Position numbers and translations under genes: made by a program | Part shown: positions 47,468 to 56,718 of the stretch, one piece after another | How the letters are laid out: each line of letters begins with the position of its first letter | Position numbering within the stretch: the stretch's first letter is position 1 | Notes under the pieces: generated by a model | Told to the model about the DNA's origin: nothing | What the model saw: the letters and a program-made list of their open reading frames with translations, nothing else | Database searches by the model: none | Assembly (NCBI GenBank): GCA_965222155.1 | Contig: CBDCTH010000012.1 | Location: 3,296,001 to 3,360,000 of the forward strand | Length of the DNA stretch: 64,000 nt | Source of the DNA: Gammaproteobacteria bacterium | GTDB taxonomy: Bacteria; Pseudomonadota; Gammaproteobacteria; Eutrophobiales; Eutrophobiaceae | Direction: 5' to 3'

Positions 47468-48504
47468 GAGGCGTCGATCACTATTCTCAGGATACGGCTT
47501 GAGTTATGTTCGAATTCCATAAAGGCCTCCGGGGTAGCATGCAATGGATAGGTCGTCGAAACGAAACCAGCCACGTCTACCTGGCCTGATGCAACCAGAT
47601 CGATGGAGGGAGCCATGTCCCCAGGCAACAATGCGCGAGAACCGATGATACTCACTTCCTTGAAATAAAGCGGGAAACTGGAGAAGTCCGTTATTGTGTG
47701 GTGACTGACTGCGAACGCGGATAAACGACCGCCCGGTCGCAGCATGTCGACACTCGGGGCAAGGGTTCCTGCCCCCCCGGCGGTATCCACGACTACGTCG
47801 GCGCCCTCCCCACCCGTCAACCGCATCACTTCTTCCACGGCCTCTTCGACACCGGTATTGATGCAATGATGCGCGCCCGTCCCGGCTGCCATGTCCAGCT
47901 TCCATTGAGTCCTGGAGATTGCGATGACCGGATCAGCGCCGGAGAGCACAGCCAGCCGTGTATGCAACAGGCCTGTGGTGCCTTGACCTACTACAACTAC
48001 GGATTCTCCTGCCTGGATACCTACCCGGTTTTGCGCATGCCTTACCGTTGCCAGTGTTTCGATCAACGTAGCCTCGGCCAGGGGCAGGTGAGCCGGCAGT
48101 GGGTACACATAGCGACTCGCCAGACACACGAATTGACTCAGGGAACCTTCTACTTCGCGTCCGAACAACCCCGCGTTGCGGCACAGGTTCTCCCTGCCGT
48201 TCATGCACGGATCGCAATTCCCGCAGGCAATGATGGGGTTGATCAGCAGCGGCTGCCCTGGTTCAAGGCCGGCGACACCGGCGCCGACTTCGGCCACCGT
48301 TCCGGTGGCCTCGTGACCCATGACTACAGGATAGTTCACGCCAGGGTGGCGGCCGGTATAGATTTCAAGATCGGTACCGCAAACCGCAGTGGCGGCGACA
48401 CGAACCACTACTTCGCCGGGGCCGGCAACCGGCCTGGGACGAGACTGAAGCTCGATACGTCGCGGCGCCTGAAGTACGGCAGTCTGGGTTTGCGGGTAGG
48501 TCAT
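47464..48504 (-). CDS. Zn-dependent alcohol dehydrogenase (MDR family)
   Basis: CGTD, GHE, CxxCxxC-x7-C and GQGTTG. Confidence 0.9.
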   Translation of the reverse strand: MTYPQTQTAVLQAPRRIELQSRPRPVAGPGEVVVRVAATAVCGTDLEIYTGRHPGVNYPVVMGHEATGTVAEVGAGVAGLEPGQPLLINPIIACGNCDPCMNGRENLCRNAGLFGREVEGSLSQFVCLASRYVYPLPAHLPLAEATLIETLATVRHAQNRVGIQAGESVVVVGQGTTGLLHTRLAVLSGADPVIAISRTQWKLDMAAGTGAHHCINTGVEEAVEEVMRLTGGEGADVVVDTAGGAGTLAPSVDMLRPGGRLSAFAVSHHTITDFSSFPLYFKEVSIIGSRALLPGDMAPSIDLVASGQVDVAGFVSTTYPLHATPEAFMEFEHNSSRILRIVIDAS

Positions 48505-48515
48505 TGATAATCCGT

Positions 48516-49784
48516 TCAGCGGTTTGCCAAAGTCGAGTACCCTGGTAAAGGATCGACAACGGTAATCTGCTCCACCGGGAAGTTGGAGATGATCTCAATG
48601 CTGTCATCGTGAACAATGAGCATTTCTTCAATGCGCACGCCCCACTCAAACTGCTTACCGTGTTGGGTCTCCAACGCGAACACCATGCCCGCTTTAATCT
48701 CCACCGGATGCTCCAGCGACCAGATGCGCGAAATCACAGGCTGATCGTACTGGGCCAACCCCAGCCCGTGACCCCAGAGATTCGCTGCCGCCTGATCCTC
48801 TTCCTCGTATCCCCATGCCTCCTTGGCCGAGGGCCACTGGGAGGCGATCTCCCGCGTTGTGGTGCCGACTTTCACCGCTTTGATGGAGTCATACAGCCAT
48901 TTAAGGGCGGTGGCATAGACGTCTTTTTGTTCCTGGCTTGGCTCCTTGCCGACGCAGTAGGTACGATAATAACAGGATTTATAGCCGTTCCAGGTCAGCG
49001 CCGCCAGATCCATAAAAACAATATCACCCGGCTTGATGATACGGTCGGAGAAATTCCGCCAGTTCGGCCATGTGTTGGGTCCCGATGACACGATAACGTC
49101 CTCGACATCTTCCATGCCGGGGATGGCATAAAGGAACTCCATAAGGTGGGCCGTCACGGCGTTTTCCGTGCGCCCGGGTTGCAGGAACTTCATACACTCC
49201 CAATGTGCGGCATCACCAATCGCGCCCACCATACGCATACATTCATGTTCATCGACATTCTTGATGGCCCGTGCCTCCATCATCGGAGTCATGCCATCAG
49301 TCCAGTCGATGCCGGCATCTTTAAACGCCTGAATCATATTAATGTCGACAAAGTCGACACCGAGCTTGCCACCCGCCACGTTACTCTTTTTCATTTCCTG
49401 GACGATGGCATTGGTGAATTTCTTCACCTGTTGTGAAGATGCCGCACCCGCGGCGCCTTTGATCCAGGCATAGGACCAGCGGACGTTTTCCTTCGGCAAC
49501 CAGGGTGAGTGACGCTCAACTTGCATCCCCACGTCGCCCTGTTCGAACAGCACCGGCGCATCGTCTCCGCACAACATCGCGTAACGCAGTCCCGGTTTCA
49601 GTCGATTCCAGCCGGGTGTCAGTGTGCTCGTGACATAACGGACATTTTCATCGTACATGAGCAGTAAGGCACTCAGGCCGTGGGCCTTCATACGCTCCCG
49701 CGCCCGCTCCAGGCGATACCTGCGCAGTCGGTCCCAGTTGATGCGTTGTTGCCAATCCAAACCTGCAATTCCAAAATTCGCCAT
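48516..49784 (-). CDS. M24 (Xaa-Pro peptidase / creatinase fold) hydrolase
   Basis: FMDL, GYKSCYYRT, WGHGLG, ALET and GVRIEE. Confidence 0.88.
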   Translation of the reverse strand: MANFGIAGLDWQQRINWDRLRRYRLERARERMKAHGLSALLLMYDENVRYVTSTLTPGWNRLKPGLRYAMLCGDDAPVLFEQGDVGMQVERHSPWLPKENVRWSYAWIKGAAGAASSQQVKKFTNAIVQEMKKSNVAGGKLGVDFVDINMIQAFKDAGIDWTDGMTPMMEARAIKNVDEHECMRMVGAIGDAAHWECMKFLQPGRTENAVTAHLMEFLYAIPGMEDVEDVIVSSGPNTWPNWRNFSDRIIKPGDIVFMDLAALTWNGYKSCYYRTYCVGKEPSQEQKDVYATALKWLYDSIKAVKVGTTTREIASQWPSAKEAWGYEEEDQAAANLWGHGLGLAQYDQPVISRIWSLEHPVEIKAGMVFALETQHGKQFEWGVRIEEMLIVHDDSIEIISNFPVEQITVVDPLPGYSTLANR

Positions 49785-49816
49785 AACCGTTCTCCAATTT
49801 GTACGTCCTGATCAAG

Positions 49817-49830
49817 TTATCATATGATAA
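49817..49830. promoter_or_regulatory. Perfect palindrome TTATCATATGATAA (candidate TetR operator)
   Basis: In the 93-bp divergent intergenic region between the M24 operon (which contains tetR) and the RidA gene. Confidence 0.7.
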
Positions 49831-49877
49831 ACTAATCTTTTAAAACAATCGATACATGACCTTTGGGGTAAGAGAAA

Positions 49878-51257
49878 ATGGCCGACACCAACCCACAATC
49901 TAAACCAGAGGCAGTATGGCCGGGCCTGGAAGCCGGCGTACCGAAGCCGCTCATGCCTTACAGTCCTGCTATCAAGGCGGGAGGCTGGGTATTCATTGCA
50001 GGACAACTCGCCAGTGACTTTAAGACGGGAATTGCGCCGGAAGCCAGACCCGGGAACCCTTATGTTGAAAACGAACTGGAACTACAGTCCCGCTATGTGT
50101 TAAATAATCTGACCAACACCATCAAGGCCACAGGTTGCGACATCAGCCGTGACATGGCCAGGATCTGGGAATGGTTTGTGTCGGCCGAGCCGACACCGGC
50201 AGCATTCGAGCGTGGTGATAATTGGACGGGGCTCTGTATTGATCCCTACCTGGCTATTCGCAGGGCCATGATCGATGGACCTTGCCCACCATCCTCTGCG
50301 CTGGGCGTACGAGAATTGATGTGCCTTGGTACCAAACTCGAAGTAGACATGATTTGTTTCGACGATGATGACGAATCGGTTTTCTACGGTTTGCCTGGAG
50401 ATCGGCAGTCAACATGCGCCGGTCATGCGCCGGCCCTGCGCCGCGGTGATTGGGTATTTCTGGCCGCTGAAAGCCCGGTGGATTGGGTCGGGGATAGTTT
50501 AAGCCCGACACATCTGGGGAAACCAACCGCCATTGCTGACAAGGCCCGGGTAAACCCGAATTATTGGATCGGTGAACCCGTAGAACGACAAACCGACTAT
50601 GTGCTTGAGAAGCTTGCCAACATCGCTGCCCTGGCCGGCGCTTCACTTGAGAACACGGTCAAGGCCGACGTTTATATCGGTCATCCCCAGGATTTTGCTG
50701 CCATGGACCGGGTCTGGCGCAGGTGGTTTCCTGAAAATCCACCGGCCCGTGTGGTCATTCCCTATATGGGCATGGGTGGTCGGGGTAGCCGGGTTGAGAT
50801 TGCCCTGACCTTGCTTGCTGATGATGCCGAACAAAAGAAACAAACCATCGAAACATCAGGGGCGCCGGAACCCCTGGGTCATGAGGCCCAGGCTATCAAG
50901 GCCGGCAACTTCCTGTTTTTCAGCACTCAGATGGCCTTCGACTGCGCCGGTAAACTGGCGGACGGCATGAGCCGCCACCCGAATTTTCCCTGGTATGGGT
51001 CGCCGGCACAGGCGCAGATGAGATATATGATGAAGAACGTTGCCGCTATCTGTGAGGCGGCCGGTACCTCGGTAGAAAATATTTGCCGGCGTGCCTGCTT
51101 TCATAGTGACCTTCAATGGTTTGCCGAGTCCATTGAGGAATGGGCCGGCTATTTTCCGGGCGACCGGCCCGCGTCCACCACCATCGGGCTGCATGCTCCC
51201 TTCGTGGTGCCCGGCGCCAATACCCTGCTGGATCTCATTGCCTATGTCCCCGAATAA
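49878..51257 (+). CDS. Triple-domain RidA/YjgF family protein
   Basis: Three repeats: YSPAIKAGGWVFIAGQ, HAPALRRGDWVFLAAE and EAQAIKAGNFLFFSTQ. Confidence 0.85.
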   Translation: MADTNPQSKPEAVWPGLEAGVPKPLMPYSPAIKAGGWVFIAGQLASDFKTGIAPEARPGNPYVENELELQSRYVLNNLTNTIKATGCDISRDMARIWEWFVSAEPTPAAFERGDNWTGLCIDPYLAIRRAMIDGPCPPSSALGVRELMCLGTKLEVDMICFDDDDESVFYGLPGDRQSTCAGHAPALRRGDWVFLAAESPVDWVGDSLSPTHLGKPTAIADKARVNPNYWIGEPVERQTDYVLEKLANIAALAGASLENTVKADVYIGHPQDFAAMDRVWRRWFPENPPARVVIPYMGMGGRGSRVEIALTLLADDAEQKKQTIETSGAPEPLGHEAQAIKAGNFLFFSTQMAFDCAGKLADGMSRHPNFPWYGSPAQAQMRYMMKNVAAICEAAGTSVENICRRACFHSDLQWFAESIEEWAGYFPGDRPASTTIGLHAPFVVPGANTLLDLIAYVPE

Positions 51258-51411
51258 ACCCGATGGATTTTGTACCGGCACAGCTTGAATCAATATGATT
51301 AGCTCGCATATCGCATCCAGCGCAGTGTGTGATGGTAGTAAAAGTGATATGATCACTGTAGCTTATTGACAGCAAAGAGTTTTCCGTTGATGACAAGCGA
51401 ATTGGTGAGAT

Positions 51412-53160
51412 ATGCGGGCTAGACAAGCATCAGAAGTTCGGGACGGAATGCTCATCGACTGGGATGTCATGATCGAAATGGATGATGGTCTGAAGCTGCG
51501 TGCGGATGTATTCCGTCCGGTCGAACAGGGACGCTACCCGGTGATCCTGAGCTACGGTCCCTATGCCAAGGGCCTGGCGTTCCAGGAAGGTTATCCCAGC
51601 GCCTGGCAGCGGATGGCGCAGGAGCATCCGGACGTTAGCGCAGGCTCAACAAACAAATATCAGAATTGGGAAGTCGTCGACCCGGAAAAGTGGGTGCCTG
51701 AGGATTATATCTGTGTTCGAGTGGACTCCCGCGGCTGTGGCTGTTCACCCGGCTACGTCGATCACTTTTCACCACGGGAGACCCAGGACTTTGTCGCGTG
51801 CATCGAATGGGCGGGTGAGCAATCCTGGAGCAACGGCAAAGTCGGTCTCAGCGGCGTGTCTTACTACGGTATTAATCAATGGCAAGTCGCCAGCAGACAA
51901 CCGCGTTACCTGGCAGCGATGTGTATCTGGGAGGGGGCTGCCGACTGGTATCGCGACATGACCCACCACGGTGGCATCTTGAGCACCTTCTGGGCCAACT
52001 GGTACGACATGCAGGTGAAAACCGTGCAATACGGCCTTGGTGAACGGGGTCCCAAAAGCCGAGTGACGGGCCAACTTGTGTGCGGCCCCGAGACCCTGAC
52101 TGATAAGGAGTTGGCTGGCAATCGTTGCGATTTCGGCGCTGATATTATTGCTCATCCCCTGGATGACGAATACCATCGCGCCCGTTCACCGGACTGGTCC
52201 AAGGTGACGGTACCGTTCCTGAGCGCAGGCAATTGGGGTGGCCAGGGCCTGCATCTGCGGGGAAATTTCGAGGGATTTGTGCGCGCCGCGTCGACTCATA
52301 AATGGCTGGAAGCTCACGGGCTTGAACACTGGACAGAATTTTATACGGACTATGGCGTGCAACTGCAAAAGCGCTTCTTCGGTTACTTTTTGAAGGGCGA
52401 GGATAATGGCTGGAAAACACAAGCGCCGGTTCACCTCAAAGTGCGGGGTATCGACGGCTTTGTTGAGCGTAGCGAGGACGACTGGCCAATCCCCAGAACA
52501 CAATGGACCAGGCTCTACCTGGCGGCCGGCGGGATGAGCCTGACTGTTACGCCGCCAGGTGATGGCGGCCGAATCAGCTTTGCTGCCCAGGGAGAGGGGA
52601 TCACTTTTTTTTCAGCGCCGCTGGAGGTTGACACCGAGATTACCGGGCCCTCCGCCGGTAAACTCAGGATATCCTCTTCGACCGCCGATGCGGACCTGTT
52701 CCTGGTACTGAGAGTGTTTGACCCGGGCGGCAGGGAAATCGTTTTTCAAGGCGCCATTGATCCCTGTACACCCATCGGCCAGGGTTGGCTGCGCGCATCT
52801 CAGCGCAAGCTGGATGAAACTCTATCTCAACCCTGGCGCCCTTATCACAGCCATGATGAGCGACAGCCACTGACGCCGGGTGTCCCCGTGGACCTGAATA
52901 TCGAAATCTGGCCTACCTCACTGGTGATCCCGGCAGGTTACCGCATCGCCCTGAGTGTAAGGGGCAAGGATTATGAGTGTCCCGATGCCAAGGGCGCGCG
53001 CCTGTCCAATTTCAAGAACGAGTTGCGTGGCTGCGGACCCTTCCTGCATGATGATTTACGGGACCGACCGCAGGAAATCTTCGCCGGGGAGACGACAATT
53101 CACATCGGGCCGGAGCAACCCGGCTACTTGCTGTTACCGGTTATACCAGCAAAAGATTAA
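51412..53160 (+). CDS. CocE/NonD family hydrolase
   Basis: LRADVFRP, GPYAK, WSNGKVGLSGVSYYG and a C-terminal PepX-like domain. Confidence 0.9.
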   Translation: MRARQASEVRDGMLIDWDVMIEMDDGLKLRADVFRPVEQGRYPVILSYGPYAKGLAFQEGYPSAWQRMAQEHPDVSAGSTNKYQNWEVVDPEKWVPEDYICVRVDSRGCGCSPGYVDHFSPRETQDFVACIEWAGEQSWSNGKVGLSGVSYYGINQWQVASRQPRYLAAMCIWEGAADWYRDMTHHGGILSTFWANWYDMQVKTVQYGLGERGPKSRVTGQLVCGPETLTDKELAGNRCDFGADIIAHPLDDEYHRARSPDWSKVTVPFLSAGNWGGQGLHLRGNFEGFVRAASTHKWLEAHGLEHWTEFYTDYGVQLQKRFFGYFLKGEDNGWKTQAPVHLKVRGIDGFVERSEDDWPIPRTQWTRLYLAAGGMSLTVTPPGDGGRISFAAQGEGITFFSAPLEVDTEITGPSAGKLRISSSTADADLFLVLRVFDPGGREIVFQGAIDPCTPIGQGWLRASQRKLDETLSQPWRPYHSHDERQPLTPGVPVDLNIEIWPTSLVIPAGYRIALSVRGKDYECPDAKGARLSNFKNELRGCGPFLHDDLRDRPQEIFAGETTIHIGPEQPGYLLLPVIPAKD

Positions 53161-53178
53161 TGGGTACGCCCACGCCAC

Positions 53179-53238
53179 TCATGAAGCGGCGTCCGCGCTT
53201 ACCCAGTTAAACCGGCTGCGCATCCTCACGAAACGGTT
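53179..53238 (-). repeat. Orphan copy of the amidohydrolase 3' end (direct repeat of 54268-54327)
   Basis: 56/60 identical; translates NRFVRMRSRFNWVSADAAS*. Confidence 0.9.
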
Positions 53239-53361
53239 TGCATTGATCTTTCCCCTGAATCCAGTCCAAACCAATTGAGGAAAAATGGGTCATATCATGC
53301 TGTCAGTTGTGCGAACACAGCCAGCGGTGATCCGGTTCAGAGCGGGCCGGGAAATATGCTC

Positions 53362-53390
53362 TTGACAACATATGCTTTTTGGATCATATT
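53362..53390 (+). promoter_or_regulatory. Sigma70 promoter, probably giving a leaderless toxin mRNA
   Basis: TTGACA, 17 bp spacer, CATATT, then the ATG 6 nt later with no RBS; overlapping ATATG..CATAT inverted repeats. Confidence 0.7.
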
Positions 53391-53396
53391 TAAAGC

Positions 53397-53765
53397 ATGA
53401 ACTGGGAAGTCGGATTCGATCCGGCCTTCGATCCGGCCTTCGATGCCTTGCCCACCGCAGTGCAGGATGAGTTGCTCGCGCAAGCGAAGCTTCTTGAGAC
53501 ATTCGGACCGGCACTTGGCCGCCCAAGGGTGGACACCCTGAACGGATCGCGTCACGCCAACATGAAGGAGCTTCGCTTTCAGGCCGATGACGGGGTGTGG
53601 CGAATCGCTTTTGCCTTTGATCCCCAGCGGAAGGCCATCCTGCTCGTGGCTGGTGACAAATCGGGTGTAAACGAACGACGTTTTTACAGACAGCTGATCA
53701 AGAAAACGGACACCAGGTTCAATACACATCTCGACCGGCTGAAAGATGAAAGGAGGACAAGATGA
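53397..53765 (+). CDS. RelE/HigB (Gp49-like) toxin
   Basis: GPALGRPRVDTL, MKELR, WRIAFAFDP and LLVAGDK. Confidence 0.9.
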   Translation: MNWEVGFDPAFDPAFDALPTAVQDELLAQAKLLETFGPALGRPRVDTLNGSRHANMKELRFQADDGVWRIAFAFDPQRKAILLVAGDKSGVNERRFYRQLIKKTDTRFNTHLDRLKDERRTR

Positions 53766-54100
53766 AGACACTCACCGAAAGACTGGACAAACTGCCCCCG
53801 GCGCGCCGGAAGAAAGTGGAGGAGCGCGCCAAGGAATTGATCGCCGAAGAAATGTCTCTACGAGACCTGCGCAAGGCGCGTAAGCAGACGCAGATGCACG
53901 TTGCAAAGGAACTCGGGATCAACCAGGAGAATGTATCCCGTATAGAAAAGCGTAGCGATCTACTGATTTCCACACTCAGTGGCTACGTTGAGGCGATGGG
54001 AGGAAAACTGAGTCTCGTAGCGGAGTTTCCGGACAGACCGCCGGTGGCGCTCACTGGCATTGCCACGCTGGACGATGGGAAACCTACAGCTAAGATGTAG
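53762..54100 (+). CDS. XRE-family HTH antitoxin
   Basis: LRDLRKAR.QTQ.HVAKELGINQENVSRIEKRSD...YVEAMGG. Confidence 0.9.
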   Translation: MKTLTERLDKLPPARRKKVEERAKELIAEEMSLRDLRKARKQTQMHVAKELGINQENVSRIEKRSDLLISTLSGYVEAMGGKLSLVAEFPDRPPVALTGIATLDDGKPTAKM

Positions 54101-54111
54101 CCCAGTTCAAT

Positions 54112-54210
54112 CATCAGGCGCTCTCGAACGTCGTGAACTGCCGCTCCCGCATCCCGGGTGAAATGGCTGTCCGACTGGCCAGGACCTTCGGTTCGACCAC
54201 GGAGATTTAT
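54112..54210 (+). pseudogene. HigA/VapI antitoxin remnant
   Basis: Translates HQALSNVVNCRSRIPGEMAVRLARTFGSTTEIY; no start codon. Confidence 0.65.
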
Positions 54211-54267
54211 AAATCTGACTCGGAACGGACAAACAGCCCCCAAATCCCGGTTTGCGGGAACTGCTGA

Positions 54268-55722
54268 TCAGGAAGCGGCGTCCGCGCCTATCCAGTTAAA
54301 CCGGCTGCGCATCCTCACGAAGCGGTTAGCGTCACACTCATCCAGCAGTACCTGTTGCAAGGTATCCGAACGTTGCACGGCCTGATGCCGATCTACAGAG
54401 ACATGTTCACCATCGCGAACCACCGTCTGACCCTTGACCATTACCCTCCGAATCGAATCCGGGCTTGGTCCGTTGCCGAGGACGAGGTTGGGTATCAGGG
54501 CGGCCGGTGGGGACAACTGGGTTTCACCACGCCGGTCGATCAACAGAAGGTCCGCATCCTTACCCTGTTCCAGTGAACCAATATATTCGTCCATCATCAA
54601 CGCACGCGCGCCGCCAATAGTAGCAAGTTCAAGAGCCAGTTCAGCACTACCGTAAAGTATCTCGTCTCCTGTCCAGCGCGCCTTGGTGTCGGCTGTCAGC
54701 CGTCTGTGCTGGTCCCCCATACGCTGCGCCGTGAGGAAGGCGCGCATGGCAGCCCACAGATCGTGCCCGTAGGCCACGACTGGGCCGTCGACGCCAAGCC
54801 CACAGGTAGCGCCCGCATCCAGGTACTGGCGCGCATTAAACGTAACCAGGCCGAGTACCTGTTCCATATCCGGAACCAGGGCAATTGCCGCGCCGCGGTC
54901 ACGGATCAGTTCTGCCTCACCGGGTCGGAGGTTTTGCGCATGGGCAGCGATAACATTGGGACCGAGAATGCCCACGTCGTCAAGCCACTCAAATGACCCG
55001 CCTTCCCAGCCGCGCCGCTCTGCCAGGTATTTCTGGTCGAAAACGGCAGGGGCGTGGATGTCGAACTGACGATCGTGCTCATCGGTCCATTCCCACAGGG
55101 CTTTGAGTTGATCAGGTTCGCAGTAGGTAATACCGATGGTCGACGCGGTAACGGAGATTAATTCATCTTCCCATTCCGACTTGACGCGCTCAGTCTCAGC
55201 AAGACCGGTATCCAGGTCTTCCCGGAAACCATCCGGTACGGCATTGGCATCATTAATTGTAAGGCGCGCCATCCGACAACGCATACCGGTAGCGCGCACT
55301 GCAGCCAGGACACCATCGATTGAGCGTTTGTGCAGGTGGGTGAAATGGTCATCCGCGGTTGTCGTCACGCCGCGCCGAAGCAGGTCCAACAGCGGCGGCA
55401 TGGCAGCATCGTAGGAGCGCTGTTCATCACAGGCGCCTGTCATCGGATAATAAAACCCGAACAGACGTTCCTCGAAAGTGGTGCCTTCCGCCATGCCGCG
55501 GATACAGCCCTGGACGAGATGGGAATGGACATTGACCAGACCCGGCAGTACCAGGTAGCCATCGCCGCCAATCTCTTCATTCGCAGAAAAATCGCAGGTC
55601 TTCGATGGACCAACTGCGCTGATACGCCCTCCGTCAATGGCGACATAGCCATCCATATAGACATTCCGCGCCTCGTCCATGGTGATGATCATGCCTCGTA
55701 AGAGTTTGTCACAATGTGTCAT
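54268..55722 (-). CDS. Metal-dependent amidohydrolase (AtzA/SsnA/deaminase family)
   Basis: PGLVNVHSH, DIH, AAH, GVDG, ATIGGARAL and GSLEQGKDAD. Confidence 0.9.
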   Translation of the reverse strand: MTHCDKLLRGMIITMDEARNVYMDGYVAIDGGRISAVGPSKTCDFSANEEIGGDGYLVLPGLVNVHSHLVQGCIRGMAEGTTFEERLFGFYYPMTGACDEQRSYDAAMPPLLDLLRRGVTTTADDHFTHLHKRSIDGVLAAVRATGMRCRMARLTINDANAVPDGFREDLDTGLAETERVKSEWEDELISVTASTIGITYCEPDQLKALWEWTDEHDRQFDIHAPAVFDQKYLAERRGWEGGSFEWLDDVGILGPNVIAAHAQNLRPGEAELIRDRGAAIALVPDMEQVLGLVTFNARQYLDAGATCGLGVDGPVVAYGHDLWAAMRAFLTAQRMGDQHRRLTADTKARWTGDEILYGSAELALELATIGGARALMMDEYIGSLEQGKDADLLLIDRRGETQLSPPAALIPNLVLGNGPSPDSIRRVMVKGQTVVRDGEHVSVDRHQAVQRSDTLQQVLLDECDANRFVRMRSRFNWIGADAAS

Positions 55723-55746
55723 TCGATTTTCCTCTTCATTGGAATT

Positions 55747-56694
55747 TCAGGGTTTATCGATTGTCCGGGCGACCCGAAAGCCGAAATTGTAGTAGCGCAT
55801 GTTTTTGCTGTCAGCCCCACCGAAGAAAAAGCCATAACGATTCGCTGAGCGTAAGAACCTTGGATCGTCGTGCCACGACGCGCCCCGCAAGATCGGGCGG
55901 GAGCAGTCGCCGGTCATCCATGCCGAACCATCAAGGGGAGCGCCGGTGTAAGAGTCGTTCCAGCAGTCCTCGACCCACTCTGCCACGTTACCCAGCATGT
56001 CGTGAAGGCCGAAAGCATTCGGCTGCAGCGATCCTGCGGGTGCGGTATAGGTGTGTCCATCCTGGCACAGAGCAACCTTCCAGCCGGGAAGGTCTGTCTC
56101 ACCAGTCAGATCAGCGCCATTGGCGTAGGTGCATCCATCATTTTCAGAGCTACCCCAATGCCTCTCACTCTGTGTGCCTGCGCGGGCCGCATATTCCCAT
56201 TCCGCTTCGCTCAGGAGCCGGTATCGCTCACCGGTCTTCTCGCTTAACCAAGCTGTATAGGCATGTGCATCATGCCAACTTACACAAACAACAGGATGAT
56301 CATCGGTTTGCGGGTATCCCGGGTTGCGCCAGCTGAGTGAACTGCTTTTTTCCGGCATCCTGCCCGTGCGCTGAAAACAACCATCTTCGCTCGTCATGCC
56401 GGTATCAATAATAAATTGTGCAAATTCACCCCGCGTAAGTTCGAACTTGCCGACGGCAAATGGCTTTGGAATGTGCACTTGATGTTGAGGTGCTTCATCA
56501 TTCTGTTGCTGTGTATCGTTTGCGCTTGCTCCCATCATAAATATGCCTGATGCAATGACCACCATTAATGGACATTGACTACAATCACGAAATTCTCTCC
56601 CCGGGGTAAGATTATCACTGGAACCGGCAAGCAATAAGGAAGATGAAAAGCCCAGAATGGAGAGAGTTGCAAATGTCAGAAATAGAGGTCTCAC
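55747..56694 (-). CDS. Exported FGE-sulfatase (SUMF1-like) domain protein
   Basis: FRDCSQCPLMV, PVVCVSW, YRLLSEAEWEYAARAG and GNVAEW. Confidence 0.9.
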   Translation of the reverse strand: MRPLFLTFATLSILGFSSSLLLAGSSDNLTPGREFRDCSQCPLMVVIASGIFMMGASANDTQQQNDEAPQHQVHIPKPFAVGKFELTRGEFAQFIIDTGMTSEDGCFQRTGRMPEKSSSLSWRNPGYPQTDDHPVVCVSWHDAHAYTAWLSEKTGERYRLLSEAEWEYAARAGTQSERHWGSSENDGCTYANGADLTGETDLPGWKVALCQDGHTYTAPAGSLQPNAFGLHDMLGNVAEWVEDCWNDSYTGAPLDGSAWMTGDCSRPILRGASWHDDPRFLRSANRYGFFFGGADSKNMRYYNFGFRVARTIDKP

Positions 56695-56718
56695 GATGCG
56701 TATATGATTAACTCTTGT

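Noticed and set aside
36531-49784. DMSP lyase assignment (cupin Ddd enzymes or DddP) for the cupins and the M24 protein
   Set aside because: The similarity is at fold level only, with no acrylate-detoxification or DMSP transport genes; it cannot be supported without searches.
53415-53444. 12-bp tandem duplication in the toxin (FDPAFDPAFD) as a slippage switch
   Set aside because: It is in frame, has only ~2.5 copies, and fits the normal length of this toxin N-terminus.
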